A stretch of 63,894 bases of DNA, taken from NCBI GenBank assembly GCA_034780895.1, contig JAUZTB010000017.1, positions 27,235,877 to 27,299,770 of the forward strand, given 5' to 3'. The position numbers and the translations under genes were made by a program. This DNA is from Rhynchobatus australiae. Its lineage: Eukaryota. Below, one piece after another: positions 36,600 through 48,736 of the stretch (its first letter is position 1; every line of letters begins with the position of its first letter). The notes below the pieces were generated by a model, which saw nothing but the letters and a program-made list of their open reading frames with translations, was not told the origin of the DNA and made no database searches.

Positions 36600-37600
36600 A
36601 TTTAGCAGGTTTAACATTGTGAATTCTGGCAGACTCCTGAATGCTCTGTAACTTCACCATCATGAGAGGATAAGTAACAATCGTATGATGAATAGCTGAG
36701 AGGGAGGAGGAAGAGATAAATCAACCTCTGGCAAGGATCTGCATGAAGAATTCATCTGAGCACGCTGCTGTTAACCGCAGCCCCAATTTCACCTGTGCTT
36801 TCCTTGACCCTGATTTCAGGCCACTCATGCCTGGTGACTTGCTGCTAATGGAATCTGTTTCTCTGGGTTCCTCTAAAGCACATGCAGTGTCAGTATGTGA
36901 GCTGGTGAAATCAAGTTTCTGTGAGTCGTGGCATTCTCCCACTTCCTGCCAGATTGGACTTCCAGCTGAGCGGGAAAAACAAATAGATTAGCTGATGGTG
37001 AGAAGAGTGTTGGAAAGCTGCTTACGCCATCAACTGCCTGTGAATCAGCCATGATTGTGGGATGAGGAGGAAGTAGGATGTGAAAAGGAAGATTAGGTAT
37101 AAGGAGACCCATACAATTAATTTATATCTTAAAGTTCAAGGTACGCATATCCAATGTATCCAGCACTATCTCCTCCATGGGCTTTACGTCATTCAAGTGT
37201 ATCTATTCCCTTCCAACTGGACATCGCCTTCTCTTGCGAGAAAGAGGGAAGCGTAGCAATGGACATTATGCAGTCTGTTTGGGTGCAATGTCTTTACTTG
37301 TTAAATTGCTGTGAGTGATTCTTTCAGCATTGCTCATTGTGGCAGACCAAGCTATGTCAAATGCCTTTGAAGATGCATTCTTTGTCTTCAACCAATCATG
37401 CACACTCTCTGGTGTCTTGCGAGCAGGTTTGACATGGCACTTTGCTCCATGATTATCTGCTCCCATTGCCTTCTGTGTATAAGGATGCCCTCATCCCACA
37501 TAAATACAGGACCGTTTTCCGTCTTTCCACTTCTTCTGTTGAGTCCCCTGGTTCAGTGAGTGAAAGACTTGGAGCTGCTCTTCTCTATCATGTGGAGCTA
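36600..37600 (-). pseudogene. decayed PIF/Harbinger-type Myb/SANT-like gene
   Basis: Minus strand reads RAAPSLSLTEPGDSTEEVERRKTVLY, then after a frameshift RRQWEQIIMEQSAMS (Myb/SANT helix pattern). A downstream pyrimidine tract is followed by EKA...HLNDVKPMEEIVL, resembling the second exon of Harbinger Myb genes. Confidence 0.55.
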
Positions 37601-37805
37601 CTCCTCAAAGTGCCTCAGGTCAGGTTCACTTCCAAAAAGACTGCCAGCATCTGACTCCAATTACAAAATACCTTCTTTTGAAGAGGTGCAGGCAAGTTCT
37701 AAACAGTACAGGCTAGATTTAACTGGAGGCAGGACNNNNNNNNNNTTGTTTGTATGCGTTAATCAAAATCCAGTAATAAGCTTTTGTGCACTGCTCCTAC
37801 ATAGT

Positions 37806-38134
37806 GGGCAGCATGGTGGAGGAACTATTAGAGCTGCCAGCTCACAGGTCCAGGGACGTGGGTTCAATCCTGACCTCCAGTGCTGTCTATGTGAAGTTGG
37901 GACATTCCCATGTGAGCTTCCTTTAGGTGCTCTGGTTTTCTCTAACGTCCAAAGATGTGTTGGTACGTTAATTGGCTACTATAAATTACCCCTTAGTGTA
38001 TTAATTTCCAAAAGAATCAAAATGAAGTTGATGGCAAATGAAAGGGAATAAGTTGCAGAGATACAGAGAGAGGGAAGGAATTGGACTTACGGGATTGCTC
38101 CACAGGAGCTGGCATGGACTTGATGGGCTGACTG
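37806..38134 (+). mobile_element. V-SINE (HE1-like)
   Basis: gggcagcatggtgg...ggttcaatcctgacctccagtgctgtctatgtg...ttaattggctactataaattacccc...ggcatggacttgatgggctga. Paralog of 927-1244. Confidence 0.85.
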
Positions 38135-40935
38135 AGATTATTTTGCGTTGGTTTAGGATGGGAACTAATAGAAATTGAGAAGGCCATTCGCAAAAAGCAG
38201 CTGAGGAAAGAATGTTTTGATTGTCTCAATCTGCACTGTGACTGTGCCAGAAACAACATCACCAAACACAGTGTTGTCATCTGGCATGATATGATTCCAC
38301 ATATTGCCTAAGATCAGCCATGGGCTGGCTTAATAAACATTTAAGTAGATTGCCTATAGTACTGCTATTAATTGATTTGTATAACCTGAAAAGCATTCCT
38401 TATTATAGTCATAAGAGGGATATTTTGGCCCAATGGACCAATTATTTACCCAGAACTTTCCACTCCTTGGTGCCGATTTGATTAACATAAATCACATGGT
38501 TTAGAACAGGAAAAGAATAAAATTCTGCTCTGCATGAACTCTGCCTTCTTTGTACTTTGTAAGGGGTGGAGTGCAGGAGTGGCTTGTGATCAGTGATATT
38601 TGTATTTCTCTCCTTAAGCTGGTAGATGCTTTATTATTTGATTTGTGCTTGGAAAGCACTCCTTTTTTTGGCCATTCTACCACAACAGGGTAGCGACTAT
38701 AAATCACACCAGTGAATGTTGAGGGTAGCTGCATGAGAGGTCATGGAAAGAATTCAGCAACAATAAGATCAATATCTTTTAAATATTCCTTTTGAAGCTC
38801 TTCTTAATGTTTTTTTTCCAATTCACACCAAGGATCTCGTGAGCCATCATGCTAATTGCTGGTAAATGGTCCATATACCCTACACAACTGTCTGCCCAAA
38901 TATGTCTTCCAGTGGGATTCCTTATATCTGCCTGTTTGGGAGAAGGAAGAACACACAGCAAAGTAATGTCTGGTGGGTCAAGCAGTTAGACGGGTGCTCT
39001 GACCAGCCATCACAGTTTCTGCTGTCCAGTGAAGACCAGGAACTAACGTAGGAGGAAGTATAATCGAATTAGGAGTCCAATGCTTTTTTTTAAGTACGCT
39101 GGTTATTTAATTGGCTAGCCTGTTAAAGTACATCTATGTAACTTTTGTTTGAACATGTCATTTAACAAAAAAAATAGCTGTGCATTTAAATTGGGAGGGT
39201 GGAGATGTTTGTAATAGTTTTGAAGCTAATCCATTCAGCCGGATCAAAGCAGGATATTGTGAAGTGGAACCATCATATATCATTGGGCCTGCTGAATCAG
39301 ACTCATAGTGCAGTGATTTGATCTAACAAGCTTCTGAATTTGCTATTGGAACATGAAGATTACTTTGTTCTTGACCTCTTTTTCAATGCCAGAAATTTCA
39401 AGACTCTTGTTACTGAAACATTTGCTGTTTTTTTTCTCCCGAACTTTAGATCATAAAAATTTGATCTCTCACACTCCTTTCTAACCATCCTATACATTAC
39501 ATGATCATGTAGCACATGGTCAAATATTTTTTGATGATAGGTGATGTAATCAAATGCCACTTGATCACGTTTGCAGGTCCATTTCCTAATCCCATTTGGC
39601 AAACAGTGTGAGGGTGGACTTTACTCTTCATTGCTTTGGGGAGCAAACTATTGATCAGCTGTAGTGAAAGGAGGTAAACTCATTTGATCAGGCCTCTGAC
39701 CCATTTTCTTCCTATCTCAGTGGGCCTAATTTGTGCTTGACAGGAACCCTGTATTCCTTTCATCCTAGAGGGACATTCACCTTGTATTCTCCAGCTCAGG
39801 GCTACCTGTAGAAACCTAAGGCTCTGGGTGATACAAATGGCTTGGGATGAAAAACTCCTGCAATAACAGACATTGCGTAGATACCAGGTCTTCCATGAAG
39901 AAAAATAAGCCCTCTTTGCTGAGAAATTGGCTCACTGTTGCTTGCATGAAACATGGAAGTGTGATAGTTTGTGCATCTTTTACTTGGCTTTTGAAATTTT
40001 GTTCCATTGAATTCACTGAAACTAAACTTCAGATGCAGGGTNNNNNNNNNNNNNNNNNNNNNNNNNNNNNNNNNNNNNNNNNNNNNNNNNNNNNNNNNNN
40101 NNNNNNNNNNNNNNNNNNNNNNNNNNNNNNNNNNNNNNNNNNNNNNNNNNNNNNNNNNNNNNNNNNNNNNNNNNNNNNNNNNNNNNNNNNNNNNNNNNNN
40201 NNNNNNNNNNNNNNNNNNNNNNNNAGGGCATTGGACCCTCAGTGTTTTCATCAATGCTTGATACTGCCTCATTCTGGTCACACAAGAGCATGAAGACAAC
40301 AACTGATGGATTTTGACCTGAATCTCATCTGAATTTCATTTCTCTTTTATCATAAATGCTGAGGCCAGCTGTTGCCTTCTCAATCATCAGTGCCTAACTG
40401 AACAGCTTCCAACAATTTAACCTAAAAATTGTTAATCCCCAGGTTGTAATCCCACATCATGCAACATATTTATTCAGGTTTAAAAGGATAAGTTCTTGGA
40501 AGTTGTGACTAGATGTTAATTTTGTTAATATTTATTAATCATGTTTGTCATTTTAATGTGTCCCAGACGTATTCCACAATATGAAGTGCCTCTCTTTACA
40601 ACTCCCTTACATTAGTTCAAGGAAGGCTAAACTCTTTAGTTGAAACTCCTTTGAAGTGAAGAGCTCAACTTCAATTTCTACCAGTAGTCCTTGATTAGCT
40701 TCTGTTTATTTGATTGGAAGTGCTGAGATAAGTTTGGAGAGCTGAGGAATAAAATTGTGTGCAGAAACAGGGGCAGATGTAAGGCAAGTATGGGATCAAA
40801 GGAGGAATTTTGGAGAATCCAGTATTGGTAGAGAACTCCACAAATGAAGTCTGTTTTAGTTTCTAATTACCACTCTGCCAATGTGTTTGGAATCTATGGG
40901 ATTCTAGTCCTTTCTTGTCAAATTGCTTTGAAGAT

Positions 40936-41463
40936 TGTTATGGACTAGGACTATTAGTGAGCGTCCCTTTTTGATAATGTGTGTGTGTGAGCGTGTGTGT
41001 GGCGTGTTTACGCCAACAGAAGATAAAGAACGTCATGACGCTGTTGTTGAAACAACAAGTCGGAGTCAGTCTGAAGGAGAGAGAGAGACAAGAACGAGAG
41101 AGAGAGAGAGGGAGACACCAGCCTGCTTGTTTTCTTTATCGATGGATGAGCAACAATAACTGTGACTGTCACTGCAATCCACGTATGAATTGTTAAGAGT
41201 AATCCGGTGGAGTTCACTTTGTTGGTAACCTGTGGAAGAAAACAGGTAGTTGGTGTGGACGGCCACGGCACGNNNNNNNNNNNNNNNNNNNNNNNNNNNN
41301 NNNNNNNNNNNNNNNNNNNNNNNNNNNNNNNNNNNNNNNNNNNNNNNNNNNNNNNNNNNNNNNNNNNNNNNNCTTCAGACTGACTCCGACTGGTTGTTTC
41401 AACAACAGCGTCATGATGTTCTTTATCTTCTGTTGACGTAAGCACGCCACACGCACACACACG

Positions 41464-41494
<31 letters not shown>

Positions 41495-41535
41495 TATCTA
41501 AAAGGGACACTCACTAATAGTCCTCGTCCGTAACA
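40936..41535. mobile_element. TG...CA element with long terminal inverted repeats and 4-bp TSD
   Basis: Arms 40936-41076 and 41373-41535 are reverse complements, with about 9 substitutions outside a (TG)n tract. Termini TGTTA/TAACA. agat at 40932-40935 and 41536-41539. A 100-N gap lies inside. Confidence 0.8.
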
Positions 41536-42414
41536 AGATGGATGAACAGCCTTATAACATTCAAATAGTCTTTCAGTCAGTGATCAGTGTTAGTGAAATT
41601 TGAACAAATGCTCCACATTTTGAGCAAGTTTTTGGCCATATGCTTGTTAAGTTATTTTGAATAGTTGATGGAACATACAGCAGTTAATCTGGTAAATGTT
41701 AGTGTCATTCACTGATTCATAAAAGTGAATTTAGCAAAGTATATTTTGAGTAGTTGGAGCGTCATAGCAGGAATGTGTATTTGTACATTGGCCCAGGATA
41801 TAAAATTGATAAATCCATTACATATTTCATGCAGCACATTCCCATACCAATTTTAAATTTTTAAACCTACCCGTACGTCTTTAGATCCATGTTAATTTCT
41901 CAGATACCATGTGTGCCCAGTGGTTGTCCCTATTGCTTTTGATTGTCAGAGAAAGCCAAAGAGGAATGATCCCAGTTGGTTTGTCTTTTCAGCTGGCTTT
42001 CTTCCAGGTATTTTTCATTTCTCATAGTTCATGACATGGATGTGGAGTGGAAAGGTAGGCTGAGTCAGCACTGAGGTGTCTAGTCATGAAATGTTTTCAC
42101 TCTGAGGAGCAAAGCATTTCACAAGTAGATGTGATGTTTAATAAAGGGATATAAAATGAGAATATTTTCTGCATATGTCCTCCACATTCTAGTTGTGACA
42201 TTATTGAGAAAGAAAGTTATTTGATTCTTGTGACATTGAGCCAGAAGTTCACAAACATCTGTAGCTGCTCTAGGACTTATATCAGGGGATTGCAAGCATC
42301 TAAGCAAAATTGAATTTCCTCTTTATACCAATTGCTCTTTGGAGTGCTTGAGTAGTGGTCTTAAGAGGACAGTTTGGCAATTTAACATTGGGAGATTAGT
42401 GTCAGTATTCTTTC

Positions 42415-42750
42415 TTACTCTTAGATGGTCCCTTGAGAACAAGGGTGACTTACTTCCATTCCAGTTCTGTGGGTTCTGAGGTGACAAATGAGGCCAATGT
42501 AGGAAGCACCAACTCTTCCACAGATGGGACAACCCATCTTGGGATGGGTTGGTGGGTAGTTTGTGAGGTGGTGCGTTTCCTACTGCTATTGACAATGGGC
42601 TTCTGTGTGTTCAATGCATGGAGTTGAGATTCTCCATACCATCTTGAATGCTTCTTCTTCGTGTTTAGCAGTCATGTATTCTCAGGAATTGGTGGAGATA
42701 TTACAGGTGTTCAGGGCTCTTTGACAATGTCCTTGCATTTTTTTCTCTTT
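42415..42750 (-). mobile_element. RTE-clade LINE 3' end
   Basis: ttagatggtcccttgagaacaagggtgacttacttcca...gggttctgaggtgacaaatgaggccaatgtagga resembles the reverse complement of the tail at 30440-30550. Confidence 0.7.
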
Positions 42751-44465
42751 TCACACTTGGATGAAACTTGTATCAATAATTCATAAACCAATGTAAATCC
42801 TGTTTGATGTTGTCACAGTTATTTGTTAATTGCTTTCAATCATTAAAGAGGAGCTCTCACATTAGTAACCCTTTGCAAAATAAACACCAATAAATGCAAA
42901 GTATCAGCAGTTTCATCATCTTTAGTTCTGTCTTCATGTGATTATTTTAATTTGAACTCTAAACACTGATGACCTAGTAACTTGAAAAGGCCACCAAATC
43001 TGCTTTTGTGAGGGAGTTATGAGTTCAGGAAAATGCTATAATTATAAGACCTTAGCTGAATCATAAACTGTCGTAATGCAGCTGCCAGTATGTAATTATC
43101 AAATTATCTGCCTGATCCCATTTTGCATTCAGCCCAATCTTTATGAAGTGCTGCTGTTTCAGGTTTGACCTTCCACACAATGTCTCCATTGCTGGGATTC
43201 ATTCTCAGATTGTTGCCCTTCCAAGTGATGTGCAGCATTTTCCTTGCACTGCAGGTTTTATAAATATTCAGCCTTTGCATCAGTGCTTTTCTCATGATGA
43301 ATAGCAATAATGCTTTTAATGCAAATACCTCATACTTTCTGGCATTGTAGCTATTCCCTGTTTCGCTGATGTTGCAAATGTTTATCATGCAACCGAAGGC
43401 ATGTCTGTTCAGAAATGCCAAACAAGTTAATCCCGTTTGTAATCCTCATTCTTTAAGAGTGTGACATTTTCCAACAATTGTTCTTACTATAATAATATCT
43501 TGCGTTAATCCTAAAGTAGACAATAGTAAATTCTGCAATCCTATGCATTTGTAAGGGGAGAGAGAATGATTAAAAAAATCTTTTACAGTCTTTTACCACA
43601 TATACACCTTCCAATATTTTGCTGGTGCTTGATAATGTTCATGGATATTGATGTTTCCATGGAGTTCCAAGAGCTGATTATTCCCTGCTGTGCATGTGAC
43701 AAATAATACCATGAGGATGTGATGAAGCAGTTGAACAGGCAAGGAAGAATTTATTTATTCAGGCACAAGGAAGATTGTAGATCCTGTTTCATTTCTTTTG
43801 AGCAGAAATATAACTCGTTCTTGTGCTTCGAAGATGGTGGAAAGACACTGGGGTGTCAGGTGGTGGATACTTAGCCCACTTTAATCTACCCCTGGAATTC
43901 TGTCCTTCGATCCATTTTTTAACCAAAGCTGTAATGAGGTCTGAAGCCAAGTAGAAACCCAAGCTGGGCATCTGGGAGCAGCATATTAGTGAGTCTGGTT
44001 TGAAGCCACAGTGATTATGTGGGTGTCCAGTTGAGCTTCTGGTCACTGGTAAGGATGTTATTGATGGAGGACTTTTCTATCACTTCCTCTTGTTGAAGAT
44101 AGTCATTGACACTTTTGTACAGTGTATGTTACTTGCCATTTATCAGCCCATATCTGAAGGTTGTGGAGGTCTTGCCACATGCAGGCATGGTCAGTTTCAT
44201 TTACTGAGGAGTTGCAAATTGAACTGAACGTTGTGAAGTCATCAGTAAACATTGCCCCCTCTGAACTAATGATGCAAAAAAGGTCTTTAATGAAGCAGAT
44301 GCCGATATTTAGGCCCAGGATACCACCCTGAGCAACTGATGGCCTGGAGTTGGGATAATTGATCTTAAATAACCACTGTCATCTTCCTTTGGGCAATGCA
44401 TGACTCCAAATTCGGGAGAGTTCCTCCTTAAAGCTTGACTTTTGATGCCAGGCTCAGTCAAATGC

Positions 44466-44560
44466 ATGGTAGTGTAGTGGTTAGCGTAACACTATTACAG
44501 TGCCGGCAACCCAGGTTCAATTCCGGCTGCTGTTTGTAAGGAGTTTATACGTTCTCCCTG
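44466..44560 (+). mobile_element. V-SINE 5' head (second subfamily)
   Basis: A box tagtgtagtgg, B box ggttcaattcc, V-core start tgtaaggagtttatacgttctccctg. Runs into a 100-N gap. Confidence 0.8.
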
Positions 44561-44660
44561 NNNNNNNNNNNNNNNNNNNNNNNNNNNNNNNNNNNNNNNN
44601 NNNNNNNNNNNNNNNNNNNNNNNNNNNNNNNNNNNNNNNNNNNNNNNNNNNNNNNNNNNN

Positions 44661-45368
44661 AACATACATGGGAGTGAAATGCCATACTCCACAGATCAAG
44701 GTGCTGTTCACATTAAAGACAATTGGAGACACAAAGACAGAAAGACATTACCGACATTGGACCCGCATTAAAAGAGACTTGAATAAATTAAAAAAAACAG
44801 CTTAAAATCAACGTACTGATGCCACAGTCTTCGGACACATAAAGTGCTGGTGCATTTTTGTACTCCTAGCATCCTTTAGTGTTAGAGGGAGGGATGGAGG
44901 GATGGGGGGGCAGCATTTTGAGGGACTTCATAGTTCTGATGGCTTGTGGGGAAAAAGCTATTGCACAATCTGTTTGTTCTTGCACGGATGCACTGGAGCC
45001 GCCTTCTGGATGGCAAGGGTGCAAGTAGGTGGTGGAAGAGGTGAGAAGGGTCAGACATTATGTGTGTTGCTTTTCTGACACAACGGTCCATATATATGTC
45101 CGCAATGGAGGATAGAGAGACACCTACAATCTTCTCCGCAGCTCTCACTATTCTCTGCAGGGACTTCTATCCAGCGGCTGATGGTGATGCAGTGTGTCAG
45201 GATACTCTCAATGGTTCCTCTATAAAATGTCTTCATGATAGATGGAGGGGAGTTCACTTTCCTCAATCTCCGCAGGAAGTAGAGGCGTTTCTGGGCTTTC
45301 TTAGTGAGGGCTGTGGTGCTGATGGACAGTTCAGGTCATCAGCGATGTGCACCCCCAGGAACCTGGTG
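44661..45368 (-). mobile_element. Rex1/Babar LINE 3' fragment
   Basis: ORFs 45051-45266 and 44882-45148 encode FYRGTIESILTHCITI and RAAEKIVG...DIYMDRCVRKATHIMSDPSH...LPSRRRLQCIRARTNRLCNSFFP, the Rex1/Babar RT C-terminus. Confidence 0.9.
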
Positions 45369-46026
45369 CTTTATTTTATATTTTGTATTTTATGAATGTC
45401 CTTTTCTCATCGGATGTGTGATTTTTCTACAAAATTCATGACTAGACAAGGCAGGATGGAAAAAATTTGAGGTGATCCATTGGTGTGGGATCACTTAGCT
45501 CTGTCTTTTGCATGCTTTTGGTGTTTAGTGCACATGTGGTCCTGTGTTGCAGCTGATTTTTTTCTTATGTCTGGTGCTGTTCCTGGAGTGCCATCCTACA
45601 CACCTCATTGAACCAGGGTTGATCTTCTGGCCTAAATCAAATAATTCAGTGAGGGACATGCCTGACCATGAGCTTACAGATTGTGCTGGCAGATATTTCT
45701 TCAGTGACTGATTATCCACAGTGCCTTGTGAATGGCCAATTTTCAGTAGCCAGATCTGTTCTGAGCCCCTCCCATCTCGTGCCACAAAAATAGTGGAGTG
45801 CATNNNNNNNNNNNNNNNNNNNNNNNNNNNNNNNNNNNNNNNNNNNNNNNNNNNNNNNNNNNNNNNNNNNNNNNNNNNNNNNNNNNNNNNNNNNNNNNNN
45901 NNNTTGAAATGGAAATAGTGGAGTGAATTCTTGAGATGATAATGGGTCTTCCTTCCCACAGAGACCACCTATCTGCCACAGGTAGGTTAGTGAATACGAG
46001 GTCTGATAAGTTTATCCCTCATTTGA

Positions 46027-46204
46027 CCAAGTCATTGGGTGTATTTAAGGCAGAGATTGATAGGTTCTTGATTGGTAAGAGGGTTAAGGGTTATGGGGAG
46101 AAGGTGGGAGAGTGGGGTTAAAAATAAGCATCTGCGATTGAATGGCAGAGCAGATTGGAAGGGCCAAATGGCCTAATTCTGCTCATATATCTTCTGGTCT
46201 TATG
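46027..46204 (+). mobile_element. CR1/HER1-like LINE 3' end
   Basis: Encodes KSLGVFKAEIDRFLIGKRVKGYGEK, tail atggcctaattctgctcatatatcttctggtcttatg. Paralog of 47718-47895. Confidence 0.85.
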
Positions 46205-47467
46205 CTCCTGTCAGTTTACTCACTGTCTACCGCATATCCTATCTGGTAGCTATGTACTTCAGCTTGGTCGGTGTTGATGCTACTCTTGGTTATGGACATT
46301 GAAGTCCCCCGGTCAGAATACTTCCCGTGTCCTTGCTGCTTTCTGTGCTCCTTCCAAGTAATCACACACCTCTTGAACTTCAATGGAGTGCCAGCACTTG
46401 CCTTCATGAAGAAGACAGTTTTGCCTGCATGGGTTCCATATATGACCCTGCTACCTCATGGCAACTGCACAGTTTATCCAACTGATGCCTCTTTTCAAAA
46501 GGAGAAGTGGTGATTTGGTGTGTAGGTTTTACTTTGTGAAATGCTACATATGTTCTTACAACCTCTGCATTAAATATTTGCGCTATAAACTGTCTAACCC
46601 CTGGAATGACTTGTTAGGATGCGGTGATCTAGCTGCCTCAGGCAATGGAAACATTCTCTTCCACTGAAACTGCCATGCCAGAACCACACACTTTAAGCTG
46701 ATCACTGGACAGCAAATGGAATAATCGTGCAGTGTCCTGTGTAGTGATGTGGAGCAGGCCAGACAGGAAGCTGCTTTTGTGTAGGGTGGGGTTGAATTCG
46801 GAGCAGACTACAGCTGCCAGACGGGGACTGAATTGGGACCTGACTGCTGTACTGTGTGGTTGGGTCAGGTGGCAGGCTGACAGCTCAGGTCAGAGAGGGC
46901 AGGAAGCTGATTGACTGTTGGACTGCAAATTGATTAGCACAGGGAATTGTATTCCAAATTCAGGATGCTAGTCTTTGGCTGGGATTGGAGAGGAGCTTAT
47001 AGTAATGGCAGGGTAAGGCTGCAGTTAACTGAGTGGGAGGGAGGGTGTGCCATGTTTTCAGGTTGTACTTTTTTCTAATGAACTGAGTCTGTGGTATCAT
47101 TTACTTTACATGGGCCAGTGAATGTTAAAGGCTTATTCCAATGTACAGTTAAATCCTATTACAGAAACAACGAGTCGGGTTTCAGTAGGAATTCTTTCAC
47201 TGTAAATGTTGAAATCCTGTTCTGCCTTTGGTGGGTGGGCTTGTTCTGCTCACTCCCCTCCACCCGCCCCACCATCCCCTTCCCTTGTGACACACACTGT
47301 ACAAGCCTCAATAAGGCAGGAGGCATGAACTGAATTTCGGAAGCAGAATAAACACACACAGCTTTTACAATATAGTGCATTAGTGCTCTCAATGGGAGAT
47401 GAATCACGAGGCATTTATTTGTTTGTAACAGGCCACAAGATATTTGAACATAGTCAGTAGAATGCAG

Positions 47468-47895
47468 TGAGGAGCAGTTTATGTCTCTGGGCTTGTACCC
47501 AATGGAGTTCAGAAGTATGAGGAAGGATCTCATTGAAACCTACTGGATACCAAAAGGTCTGAATAGAGTGGACGTGATGAGGATGTTTCCATTAGTAGGA
47601 GAGTCTAGGATCTGAGGGCACAGCCTCAGAATAAAGGGACATCCCTTTAAAACTGAGATTTCTTCAGCTTGAGGGTGGTGAATCTGTGGAATTTGTTGCC
47701 ACAGAAGGCTGAGGAGACCACATCATTGAATGTATTTAAGGCAGAGATTGATCGGTTCTTGATTGGTAAGCGGGTTAAGGGTTACAGGGAGAAGTCAGGA
47801 GAATGGGGTTGAAAAAAAATCAGCCATGATTGAATGGAGGAGCAGGTTCAGTGGGCTGAATGGCCTAATTCTGCTCCTATATCTTTTGGTCTTAT
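47468..47895 (+). mobile_element. CR1/HER1-like LINE 3' fragment
   Basis: Encodes LGLYPMEFRSMRKDLIETY...RVVNLWNLLPQK...FKAEIDRFL plus the CR1 tail. Confidence 0.9.
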
Positions 47896-48560
47896 TGTAA
47901 TAAGTAGAACAAATAACAACTTTATGAATTTGGAGATACTGATGGGCCTTAGTTGGTTTCTTTGTCTTTTGTCTGGTCTCATGCTAGTGAATAATTTATC
48001 TACCACAATTTGAAAAGAGAATTTTTAATGCTTTGGTGCAACAACAATAACTTCCATTTTATATTTACCTGGTCTGTGCGGTGTATTTAAAGCTAGTTGT
48101 GTTTATGCTCACTGTTAACAGAGTAAATTAGACAGCAATGTTCAACATCCAAGCATATGGGGTTAGATACAAAAATCACAAAGTTACCCTCTAACATGCA
48201 CTATCTCTTCAGAGTCTTTGCCAAATTAGCACTTTGCTGGTTGATGGCACATAAAACACATACAATGTTTTGAAGTTGCAGCCTCTAGACCTGATTTTAG
48301 AGTTTGTCCTTTCAAGTTTAATAGTTCCTCAGTTTCAACATGAAGCTTTAACCTTAACTTCAAGACATCGTTTCTGTCAAATCACTTGTTCAGCATTGAA
48401 CATTTACATTTGCACTTGTTCCAGAGTTTCAATTGAATATTAGCTGTGAGCCACTCACTCTTATCACTGGTGCTTGTTACTCATATTCCCAGCTTACAGT
48501 AGTCACACTAGCCACTCATGTTGGATACTCACACTCACCACTGACTCCTGAAATAACTCA

Positions 48561-48736
48561 GATTCAGATTAGTTTATTCTCATATACATCAGTGCAATGA
48601 AATTCCTTGCTCTCGTGAAGCTCACAGAGTAAACTGTACATATGGTAATAATAAATACAACAATAAATACAGCAACAAGCTCAAAAACAACAGAATGGTG
48701 CAAAGTGTAGTAGTATAGTAGTGCAAGCTGAGGTAG
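48561..48736 (-). mobile_element. Rex1/Babar-type 3' UTR fragment
   Basis: gtttattctcatatacatcagtgcaatgaaattcctt...gtgcaagctgaggtag parallels the layout of 5-236. Confidence 0.45.

Larger units (their letters stand above)
43760..46690 (-). mobile_element. long L2/CR1-clade LINE relic split by younger insertions
   Basis: The RT part 43760-44465 is collinear with 62700-63190 and includes QGGILGLNIGICF, a PQGSVLGP relic. The endonuclease part encodes YLEGAQKAARTREVF*PGDFNVH (GDFNVH at 46292-46309). Confidence 0.7.

Noticed and set aside
39360-39602. ORF with ITYHQKIFDHVLH, faintly like the LINE RT motif DFxKAFDxVxH; similar faint echoes at 60900-61150 and 61538-61795
   Set aside because: Too degenerate to call by eye. 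At most ancient LINE debris, not host exons.
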